Positions 1-7,928 of a DNA stretch of 16,680 nt are shown piece after piece. The translations under genes were made by a program, and so were the position numbers. The DNA is taken from NCBI GenBank assembly GCA_016926735.1, contig JAFGOA010000007.1, positions 1 to 16,680 of the forward strand. Direction: 5' to 3'. This DNA comes from Promethearchaeota archaeon (GTDB taxonomy: Archaea; Asgardarchaeota; Lokiarchaeia; Sigyniarchaeales; SOKP01). Under the pieces are notes generated by a model. That model did not search any database. It was not told the DNA's origin and worked only from the letters and a program-made list of their open reading frames with translations. Position 1 is the stretch's first letter. Each line of letters opens with the position of its first letter.

Positions 1-175
1 ATAAGTATTTAAGTTAATCTAGATTTTGAAGTAATTGAATATAAAATAATAAGTTAAAAATACAATGAAACATCAAATTATGATAAATTAACTTTTTATA
101 TTAATAATTACTTTTCTTTTTAGGGTATCTGATAATAATAAAAATCAATAATATAAAAAAAAGTTTTGTAAAAAA

Positions 176-913
176 ATGGCCAGCAAATTAATTGAGCTAA
201 GGAACATATCAGACCAAAGATTACCTCATCATATTGGAATTATTCCTGATGGAAATAGAAGGTGGGCTAAATTAAACAACCTCAAAACAAAAGTTGGCCA
301 TCTTAAAGGATATAAAAGTTTAAAAAAGATTCTCTATAGTTTTTTTGATGCAGGTATACAATATCTAACCGTATATGCTCTTTCTTTAGAAAATGCTCAA
401 AAGAGATCTGAAGAAGAATTAAAATATATTTATAAAATTATCATTAAAGCGATTAATACGATAATAAAAGGGGAAGATACAGTAAAAAATGAGGTAAGAT
501 TCAGAGTAATAGGTAGAACTGAATTATTACCTGAGTATGTTCAAAAAAAAGTAAATGAATTACATGAATTTACAAAAAATTTCAAGAAAAATTTTGTTAA
601 TTTACTCATTATGTATGATGGACAAGCAGAAATAGCAGATGCTATAAAAAAAATCATAGCGGATAATATTAATCCAGATTTAATCGATAAAACTTTAATA
701 AAAAAATATTTATATACTTCCGACTTTCCTGAAGTTGATCTAATTATAAGAACAGGTATGAATGATGGTGCAAGAATCTCAGGATTTTTGCTCTGGGATG
801 CTTCCTATTCTGAATTTAAATTTAGAAATGAGTATTGGCCTCAATATAATGAAGACCTTTTATATCAAGATCTACAAGAATATGCCTTAAGAAATCGAAG
901 AAAGGGAAAATAA
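176..913 (+). CDS. uppS: cis-prenyltransferase (undecaprenyl/polyprenyl diphosphate synthase family)
   Basis: Family motifs PHHIGIIPDGNRRWA, GHLKG, YALSLEN..KRS, DLIIRT...RISGFLLW...YSE and C-terminal RRKGK (RxG); 245 aa is typical. Confidence 0.95.
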   Translation: MASKLIELRNISDQRLPHHIGIIPDGNRRWAKLNNLKTKVGHLKGYKSLKKILYSFFDAGIQYLTVYALSLENAQKRSEEELKYIYKIIIKAINTIIKGEDTVKNEVRFRVIGRTELLPEYVQKKVNELHEFTKNFKKNFVNLLIMYDGQAEIADAIKKIIADNINPDLIDKTLIKKYLYTSDFPEVDLIIRTGMNDGARISGFLLWDASYSEFKFRNEYWPQYNEDLLYQDLQEYALRNRRKGK

Positions 914-1087
914 ATATCTTTAAAATTATCATATTCTTACTAATAACTCTAATTTCTATGAATTTTTAGTTTATGTAGCTTATTATTAATTATTTTATAA
1001 TTTATTTTTTGAAAATACGCATAGTTAAATTCCTTAACTCGATATTATAAATAGAAAGTAAATTTATATTCTAAATTTTGAAAATAA

Positions 1088-1101
1088 AAATTTATAAATT
1101 T
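1088..1101 (+). promoter_or_regulatory. candidate archaeal TATA box (TTTATAAA, 1091-1098) with A-rich upstream flank
   Basis: TTTATAAA lies inside the palindrome AAATTTATAAATTT about 50 nt before the ATG at 1147. Weak, given the AT-rich background. Confidence 0.35.
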
Positions 1102-1146
1102 ATTTTAATTAATGTAAGAATTAAATACTCATTATTTTAGATAATT

Positions 1147-2934
1147 ATGTCTATCTCTGATACAAGTAAAAATATTCTTCTCAAAATAGCCCAATTACCT
1201 CAAAATCTACTTATACCTAAGATTCAAAATTTATTAAAAATAGAATTAATAAATTCATCAAAAAATGAAGAAAATGTTAAATTAGAATTAAATTCCGATA
1301 ATCTTAATTTTCAATTTTTGGATAATGCTACAAATCCAATTGTATTGAAACCAAAAGAGACCAAAATAGTAAATATTAATATTATTCCAACTGGAAATGG
1401 TATTGCAAAATTAGATATAAAAGGCATATGGACTAAAGAAACTCAAGTAAAAGTAAAAGTTCAGAAAATAAAGGAGAATATTAATGGAACGAAACTTAAC
1501 AATATTTTAGAAAATTATCATTTTAAAAAAAAAGATTATTTAAAGAAATTTGACCCTATAGAATTTTTAGTAGAATTAGATAGAAATGAATTCAAAGCTT
1601 TAGAAAAATCATTAATTGAAAGTCCTGGGAATGAAAATGAAAAAGATCTGATAAAACTAGCAAAAGCATATTTATCAAATAAACAATTCGAAAAAGCTTT
1701 AATAACAGCCAATAAAATTCCTAAAGAAAAACATAGATTAGCTTTCTTACAAGATTTGATTAGAGCATATGCTTTTGTTGACACTCAATATGCTATTAAA
1801 TATATAGATAGTTTAGGAAAAAAAATAAATAAATCAGAATTTTTAAAAACTATTGCTTTAGATGAAGTATATAAAAATCCAGATATGGCCATCAATATTG
1901 CATCAAGGATAGATGATATAAATATAAAAAAAGAATGTTTTATAGAAATTATTCAAAAAATCGTTCAAGATAAACCTGATACTACAATAGAACTAATGAA
2001 ATATATCCAAATGGATGTTGAAACATATTTAAGTATCATGTTAAATATAATTGAAAGCTATTGGCGTTTGGGAAATTTAGAAACAACAAAAGAATATCTT
2101 CTAAGAGTAATCTATTTTGTAAAAGATAAATATAATTCAAATAATTATAAGTTCATTAGAGATTCAATTTATGCAATGGCAGAATTATTTACTCCTAAAA
2201 TTGCTGATAATTTGATTGAATCGATTGAAGACCAAAGATTAAAGGAAAGAATCGCAAAAGATTTGTTTAATGATATTTATTATTTAGTTGAGGAAATTCA
2301 AACAAGAATTGAAACAAAAATATTAGCTTCTTTTCAGTATCACTTAAATACCTACTCCTCTAATATTAATGAACATATAATTAATTTTGCACAAAAAGGT
2401 GGTAATTTAAGTTTAAACACACTTTCAGGCGATACTAATTTTAATAGTTTATTTATTTCATTATTTAAATTTGATTTTAGCGTTTTTCCCATTTTTGAAC
2501 ATTTATATTCAGATTTAAAATTAAATTCAAGCAAATCAATAGCATATTATATTTTTCCCTCATCAGAAAATATGAATCAGAATGAATATGATATCATCGT
2601 TAATACCTTAAAATTTCTTATAACCTCTAAAATAAGCAATACTAATCAATTCAATGTATTTAATATTGATTTTATTCCCTATCTTGGAAAACCTACTCTT
2701 ATCATAGGTTCTGAATATCAATCAATAATACAATGGATTGAAAATAAACTTTCTAGTATGAGGAATAAAATAGATATCATGATAGATGATAATTTTTTTG
2801 CTGGAGGAAAATCAAAAAATCAATTAGCAGAAATTTTCGAATCAAATAGGTTTAGAATAATTAATTTAATTCTTTCTTATGAATTTATTAACGATTTTAA
2901 TATATTTAAAGAGTTAGTTCAAATTTTAATTTAA
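1147..2934 (+). CDS. hypothetical protein: N-terminal Ig-like beta-sandwich, central TPR-like/alpha-solenoid repeats, C-terminal alpha/beta domain
   Basis: 595-aa ORF. LKPKETKIVNINIIPTGNGIAKLDIKG is an Ig/CARDB-like pattern. LIKLAKAYLSNKQFEKALITANKI and PDMAINIASRIDD are helical-repeat patterns. No signal peptide or TM seen. Confidence 0.75.
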   Translation: MSISDTSKNILLKIAQLPQNLLIPKIQNLLKIELINSSKNEENVKLELNSDNLNFQFLDNATNPIVLKPKETKIVNINIIPTGNGIAKLDIKGIWTKETQVKVKVQKIKENINGTKLNNILENYHFKKKDYLKKFDPIEFLVELDRNEFKALEKSLIESPGNENEKDLIKLAKAYLSNKQFEKALITANKIPKEKHRLAFLQDLIRAYAFVDTQYAIKYIDSLGKKINKSEFLKTIALDEVYKNPDMAINIASRIDDINIKKECFIEIIQKIVQDKPDTTIELMKYIQMDVETYLSIMLNIIESYWRLGNLETTKEYLLRVIYFVKDKYNSNNYKFIRDSIYAMAELFTPKIADNLIESIEDQRLKERIAKDLFNDIYYLVEEIQTRIETKILASFQYHLNTYSSNINEHIINFAQKGGNLSLNTLSGDTNFNSLFISLFKFDFSVFPIFEHLYSDLKLNSSKSIAYYIFPSSENMNQNEYDIIVNTLKFLITSKISNTNQFNVFNIDFIPYLGKPTLIIGSEYQSIIQWIENKLSSMRNKIDIMIDDNFFAGGKSKNQLAEIFESNRFRIINLILSYEFINDFNIFKELVQILI

Positions 2935-2987
2935 TATTAATTAAGCTAAAAATCAAAAAAAAAAACACAATTTTTTTATTAAAAAGA

Positions 2988-2993
2988 AGGAGG
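2988..2993 (+). promoter_or_regulatory. Shine-Dalgarno-like AGGAGG
   Basis: AGGAGG just upstream of the ATG at 2996; the 2-nt spacing is unusually short. Confidence 0.45.
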
Positions 2994-2995
2994 AT

Positions 2996-4645
2996 ATGAT
3001 TAGATTGGGTAGTAAGAAAAAACAAAAAAAGGAAAAAAAGTCGAAAAAAAGTAAAAGTCAGGCTGTAAAACTTTCTAAATCTTCAAAAAAAGTAGGACAA
3101 ATAGGGCGTCAAATAGATAGATCTCATGATCGATTATTTTTAGGTACGGATTATAGAGAAGTTTTTATTGATGATAGAACTTGGGGCGAAATTTTAATCG
3201 ATGTTCAAAATTGGACAAGATTACCTTTTTCTCACGGGATGGAAATGGAGTTAATTATTGCAGATGATAATGGAAATTATCCTAATGGAGATGAAATGGT
3301 TTATCGTATGAGAGAAATAGTAAAAGATGCAATTGTAATAATGGATCAAATTTTATACGAAGGAAGATCAGACTTTTATCCTGTTCCAGATTATATTAGA
3401 CAAAAAGTTTTAGCAAGACCATGGGGTAAAGAAGATATAGAAAAAGGTTATGTGATGGACATTCGATATCAAATTGGTAATTATTCCGTAGATATCGATA
3501 CTTTTGGTAGAGATGGTAATGTAACAGCAATTACTTATATTTTAGAACTAGTAACTCCTCCTTGCGAATATATAGAAGAACTTGCTTACTGGGCAAGTAC
3601 ATTATTTTTACTAGCTAAAAACACTCTTCCCAAAGATTTACATATAATTGCTTCAGCAGTTAATCCTTCTTCGCGGGAATATCAAAGAGGACTAACTCAA
3701 GGAGATCATCATCATTTAGGTGGTTTTGAGTCTGAAGTTGAAAAAGTTCAAGCTTATTCTATGATTAGAAATTTTATCCCTCACTTAATTGCTTTATCTA
3801 CGAATTCACCAATTATCAATAATCGTCCTACAGATGTAGTGAAAGTAATTAATGGTAGAATTACAGCTCCAAATTGTGTTAGATCTTTAAGATTAAAAAA
3901 TAATGCATCTATGTTAAGTAACAATGATCCAAGACATTATATCCCATATTTGTCATCTTCGGATATGAATGCTCAAAATATGTTTTTGCAGATCGTAGCT
4001 AAAGCAAGTATGGAGGATGCGCGTTTCCAAGATCTCTTTCCATTTACTGATTGGGGAACTATTGAATTACGTGTCTGTGATGCTCAAATTTCAATTTGCA
4101 GACGTATTGGAATAGGCCTAATAATACAAGCTCTTTGTTATAAAGCTAAAAAATTTGTAAAACATAAAAAATGGGTTCCTGATGTAGGAAGTGAAACAAT
4201 TACTTTTAATCGTAAGGGAGCTATAGAGAGAGGTCTTATTTCTGCTTTCAAAACAGATTCTAATCTAAAATATGATAATTTAAAAAAATATGATCCTAAT
4301 TTTGCTGAACAATATTTGGGTCCATCAAATGAACCTACAAGATATATGATGCAAGCTGTTCAAAGATTATTTTTTTATATTAGAGATGAATTGAAAGAAT
4401 TAGGATTTTTATACTCTCCTTTTTTAAAACCATTATTACAAAGTGTTTTTGGAACTATAAGTTATGCTGAACCTCCAATTACAGAAGCAGAATATCAGTT
4501 GTCATTATATAATCATAAATTAACAACTGGTGAAAATACAAATATTTTATGGGATTTAATATATTTTACAGTTGTTTATTGTCAAGATCCTATAAACAAT
4601 CCTTTAACAGGAATATTGACATTACCAAAAGAGATGAGAATTTAG
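2996..4645 (+). CDS. glutamate-cysteine ligase family 2 (GCS2/YbdK-like) ATP-dependent carboxylate-amine ligase, divergent, with Lys-rich N-terminal tail
   Basis: Ordered GCS2 motifs: GMEMEL (ExE), LELVTPPC, GDHHHLG (HxH), PHLIALSTNSP, WGTIELRVCD (ExR). Confidence 0.88.
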   Translation: MIRLGSKKKQKKEKKSKKSKSQAVKLSKSSKKVGQIGRQIDRSHDRLFLGTDYREVFIDDRTWGEILIDVQNWTRLPFSHGMEMELIIADDNGNYPNGDEMVYRMREIVKDAIVIMDQILYEGRSDFYPVPDYIRQKVLARPWGKEDIEKGYVMDIRYQIGNYSVDIDTFGRDGNVTAITYILELVTPPCEYIEELAYWASTLFLLAKNTLPKDLHIIASAVNPSSREYQRGLTQGDHHHLGGFESEVEKVQAYSMIRNFIPHLIALSTNSPIINNRPTDVVKVINGRITAPNCVRSLRLKNNASMLSNNDPRHYIPYLSSSDMNAQNMFLQIVAKASMEDARFQDLFPFTDWGTIELRVCDAQISICRRIGIGLIIQALCYKAKKFVKHKKWVPDVGSETITFNRKGAIERGLISAFKTDSNLKYDNLKKYDPNFAEQYLGPSNEPTRYMMQAVQRLFFYIRDELKELGFLYSPFLKPLLQSVFGTISYAEPPITEAEYQLSLYNHKLTTGENTNILWDLIYFTVVYCQDPINNPLTGILTLPKEMRI

Positions 4646-4663
4646 AAAAAGAGATATATTATA

Positions 4664-6211
4664 ATGTTAGTTGCGAATATAGAACAAAATGGTAAAAAAA
4701 ATATAGAAAAAATCTTTGTAATTGATGCTCATTCTCATTTAGGTACTGATATAGATGGAGCATCAATGATGAATCCTCTTGCACCAGGGACAGGAACATT
4801 TGATTTCTGGTCTAAAATTCAAGGAAAAATAGTTGATGATTGGAAAAAATCAGGAAATCAATCATTTTCAACAGTTATAGATAACCAAAGAACCAATATC
4901 TCATTTTCATTTGAGGGTCATCCCTTTACAGAGAGCTTATTTGAAGAACTAGAAAAACTTGGAAAAAAATATTCTGAAATAAAAGAAAAATTGAAATTCA
5001 ATAAATTTATTGATCAAGCTGTTGTTTTTCCATTTCAAGATGTTTTTCGAGATAAAATGCCCGAAGCTTTATATCATGCAAGTAATCTTAATATATCTCG
5101 TTTTACAACTCGTTTTCCTTTTTCTGTAAAATTAATTGGATATGCTCGAGTTGACCCTATGGAGGGAGAAAAAGCTGTTAAAGAGGTTAAATATGCAAGA
5201 GAAATCTTGGGTCTTCGTGGATTGAAATTACATCCTCGTTCTGAAGGATGGGTTGAAAAAGTTACTTCTGATAGACCAATTCCTATTCTAATGGAAGCAA
5301 TTAGACATTCAATGCCTATAATTTTTGATACAAGGGGTAAAAAGACAATTATGGATATAAGTGAATTGATTAAATCAACTAGAAATTACTTAATGAGTAA
5401 GTTACCTCAATTATTACCTCATTTTAAAGTAATAATTGCACATTTTGCTCAAGGAAATGTAGGAGACCAAGAAGTATATAATGCAATTGTTCAACCAAAT
5501 ACTTATGGTGATTTATCGATGCTTCATGGTGAGGGTGCTAAAAACTTTTTAATTGATTTTAGAAGATGGTTTACTTCTCATAATAAACATAATATAGACA
5601 ATAGAGATTGGTCAGAATATCTACTATTTGCAACAGATTATCCTTATTTTGGAGAAGTTCATGCCGAAAAATTATTAATCCAATTGATCAATAAAGAGTT
5701 TTATGATAATGGTGGTAAATTGATAGATACTAAGAATATTCTTGGTTTAAATCTACTTAGAATTCTCCCAGAATATAATCTAACTCAGATGGGTAAATTT
5801 GAGAAGAATTTGACAACAACAATAATAAATACACCACCTTCAAAAGATAATAAAAACAATGCATTGAAGACTGCCTTAATTGCTCTTTCGAATCTAATTG
5901 CTGATAATAAAATAGATATAAAAAACATGATACTTGAATTTAATCAAAATTGGAATGAATTAAATGATAATATCTTATTGACTACAATAAATCCTAATAC
6001 AAATGCAGAAATACCCTTGTATTTAAATAATTTTGTTAATAATAGAATATTTTTACTGGCTCCACTTAAATATTATATTAGTTTAAATAAATTTGGAAAT
6101 AAATATTTCACACCTGAAGTGAGAAATTTTTTCTCAAATCTTTTTAGGAATTATTATGTAGCCAAAGATATAAAAGAAGTAGAGAAAGGTTTAACACAGA
6201 TTTTTAATTAA
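4664..6211 (+). CDS. metal-dependent amidohydrolase (TIM barrel, Amidohydro_2-like) with extra C-terminal domain
   Basis: IDAHSHLG (HxH), YARVDP, GLRGLKLHP, VIIAHF, LLFATDYPY and ILGLNLLRIL at the barrel end; about 145 further residues follow. Confidence 0.88.
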   Translation: MLVANIEQNGKKNIEKIFVIDAHSHLGTDIDGASMMNPLAPGTGTFDFWSKIQGKIVDDWKKSGNQSFSTVIDNQRTNISFSFEGHPFTESLFEELEKLGKKYSEIKEKLKFNKFIDQAVVFPFQDVFRDKMPEALYHASNLNISRFTTRFPFSVKLIGYARVDPMEGEKAVKEVKYAREILGLRGLKLHPRSEGWVEKVTSDRPIPILMEAIRHSMPIIFDTRGKKTIMDISELIKSTRNYLMSKLPQLLPHFKVIIAHFAQGNVGDQEVYNAIVQPNTYGDLSMLHGEGAKNFLIDFRRWFTSHNKHNIDNRDWSEYLLFATDYPYFGEVHAEKLLIQLINKEFYDNGGKLIDTKNILGLNLLRILPEYNLTQMGKFEKNLTTTIINTPPSKDNKNNALKTALIALSNLIADNKIDIKNMILEFNQNWNELNDNILLTTINPNTNAEIPLYLNNFVNNRIFLLAPLKYYISLNKFGNKYFTPEVRNFFSNLFRNYYVAKDIKEVEKGLTQIFN

Positions 6212-6298
6212 AATTAAATTAATTTATTAAATAATGATATTAAATTTCTATCAGGGATTGTAAAAAAAAAATTATATTTTATACAAATTTGCATTGAA

Positions 6299-7015
6299 GT
6301 GATACAAATGACTCAAGAAGAAAATGATAATGAACAAAGTGAATTTTCAACTAATGATAATATTGTTAATTTTGAAGAAAAAATAAAAAAATATGAAGAA
6401 GATTTAGAAGAAAAAAATCAATTAATAAATAATCTAACTACAACAAAATCAGATTCCGATGATAAAATTAATGAACTAAATAAGAATATTAAAGAACAAA
6501 CTCTAATAATCTCTGATTCAAGAATCGAAATTAATGAATTAAAACAAGAATTAGAAAGAAAGAATATCCAAATCCAAGATATTGAAGAGAAAATACATGA
6601 AATCAACGAAAGAACCAAAAATGAAGCTAAAAATAATGAAGAAAAAATAAAAAATTTGCACAATGAGTTAGAAAATAAAAATAAAAATCTAATTTCACTT
6701 GAAGAAGAATTATCATCAATAGAAAAATTAAAACAAAATAATGAAGTTTTGAAAAAAGAACTCGAAAAACAATTAAGAATAAATAATGAATTAGAACAAA
6801 AAATAAATGAATTGAAAACAACGTCCGATAATTATCTAGAAAGTTTAGCTAATTTCAAATTAGAAATTAAAGCAATGAAAAACCTTGAAGACTCTAACAA
6901 AGATAATCAAGAGAAAATAGATGAAGAACTAATAGAATTAAAAAAAGAAGTTAAAGTACTTAGAAGAGAAAGAGATCATTATAAAAAAATAGTAACTGAA
7001 AATAAATTACTGTAA
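6299..7015 (+). CDS. long coiled-coil protein (start may be ATG 6308 rather than GTG 6299)
   Basis: Almost entirely E/K/N/L/I heptad sequence with no Pro, Gly, Cys or Trp; ends LKKEVKVLRRERDHYKKIV. Confidence 0.8.
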   Translation: MIQMTQEENDNEQSEFSTNDNIVNFEEKIKKYEEDLEEKNQLINNLTTTKSDSDDKINELNKNIKEQTLIISDSRIEINELKQELERKNIQIQDIEEKIHEINERTKNEAKNNEEKIKNLHNELENKNKNLISLEEELSSIEKLKQNNEVLKKELEKQLRINNELEQKINELKTTSDNYLESLANFKLEIKAMKNLEDSNKDNQEKIDEELIELKKEVKVLRRERDHYKKIVTENKLL

Positions 7016-7021
7016 TTAGTC

Positions 7022-7028
7022 TTTTTTT
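7022..7028 (+). terminator. oligo-T archaeal terminator candidate
   Basis: T7 run 6 nt after the stop at 7015. Confidence 0.45.
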
Positions 7029-7144
7029 CCAAAATATAATTTATTCTTAATTGATAAATGATTCTTCATTGTTTTTCTTGAAATTATTTACCATTCTATT
7101 TTTTCCTATGATTATTTATGATATATTCCAGATAAAAACATATT

Positions 7145-7168
7145 TTTATATAGAAAATTTTTCTATAT
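7145..7168. promoter_or_regulatory. TATA-like TTTATATA overlapped by a perfect inverted repeat ATATAGAAAA-T-TTTTCTATAT
   Basis: Arms at 7148-7157 and 7159-7168 are exact reverse complements; TTTATATA at 7145-7152; upstream of the roadblock gene. Confidence 0.5.
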
Positions 7169-7244
7169 TATAATAATAATAATTTTTAAGTAATAACGGT
7201 ATAAATTAATATAATAAAAAAAAAGATTGGAGTAAAAAAAAAAC

Positions 7245-7700
7245 ATGAGTGTTGATACTAAATCTTTTGATAATATTTTAAGTAAAATAATCAAATCAGA
7301 AAGCGGAATTAAAAAAGTAATTTTAGTTGATAGAACGGGATTAACAATTGCGAGCGTATCAAAATTTTCATATTTTCCCGCTGATGTTGACGGAATCGGA
7401 GCAATAGCTAGTGCTGTTTTCTGCGCTAGTGAAGAACAAGGAAAAAATCTTGAATTAGGAGCCCTAGATATCGTTACAAGCGAATTCACTGGTGGAAAAA
7501 TATTTGCTGCGAGTTGTGGTCCTAAAGGTGTTTTGTGCTTGATCTCTGATCCAGATATTAATATAGGATTAATTAGATTGATTTTGAAAAGATCAGGTGA
7601 TGAATTGCGAGAAATATTAGATGAATTCCTCTCTGAAGTTCCTGATACTCTTGATTCAGGATTAGATCTAAGCGATCTAGATGAATTGACACCAGATTAA
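7245..7700 (+). CDS. roadblock/LC7 (MglB/LAMTOR-like) domain protein with acidic C-terminal extension
   Basis: GIKKVILVDRTGLTIAS, IGAIASAVFCASEEQGKNLELG, SEFTGGKIF and INIGLIRLILKR match the Robl/LC7 pattern; GGAG upstream. Confidence 0.93.
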   Translation: MSVDTKSFDNILSKIIKSESGIKKVILVDRTGLTIASVSKFSYFPADVDGIGAIASAVFCASEEQGKNLELGALDIVTSEFTGGKIFAASCGPKGVLCLISDPDINIGLIRLILKRSGDELREILDEFLSEVPDTLDSGLDLSDLDELTPD

Positions 7701-7707
7701 ATTCAAA

Positions 7708-7714
7708 TTTTTTT
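7708..7714 (+). terminator. oligo-T archaeal terminator candidate
   Basis: T7 run 7 nt after the stop at 7700. Confidence 0.45.
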
Positions 7715-7928
7715 CATCTAATTTTTAAACCTACTTTTGTATATATTTAATTTAGGATAATATTATCGAGTTAAATAATTACTGGCTTTTAAGGATTAAC
7801 AAGATTTTTATACTTGATAAGTATTTATAATTATATTCTTATTAATGTATAAGATACTATAATTTATACTAAATAATTTATTCAATTAATTTCAAACTAA
7901 TTAGATTATAAATTTTAAGTGAAAAATT

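Noticed and set aside
1536-1784. 82-aa minus-strand ORF
   Set aside because: Fully antisense to the 595-aa gene; F/S/L-rich shadow composition with no motifs.
2352-2534. 60-aa minus-strand ORF
   Set aside because: Antisense shadow of the 595-aa gene.
2951-2980. A11...T7 hairpin between the solenoid and ligase genes
   Set aside because: Homopolymer-only stem; it may act as an oligo-T terminator but cannot be distinguished from background.
6418-6821. Two hydrophobic minus-strand ORFs (81 and 64 aa) that look like membrane peptides
   Set aside because: The reverse complement of A-rich coiled-coil codons yields F/L/S/I artefactually.
7163-7489. 108-aa minus-strand ORF
   Set aside because: Overlaps the well-supported roadblock gene in antisense.
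2996-7700. Canonical pupylation (Pup/PafA/Dop) locus
   Set aside because: The ligase motifs are GCS2/YbdK-like, no small ORF ending in GGE/GGQ is present, and there are no proteasome or ATPase genes in the window.
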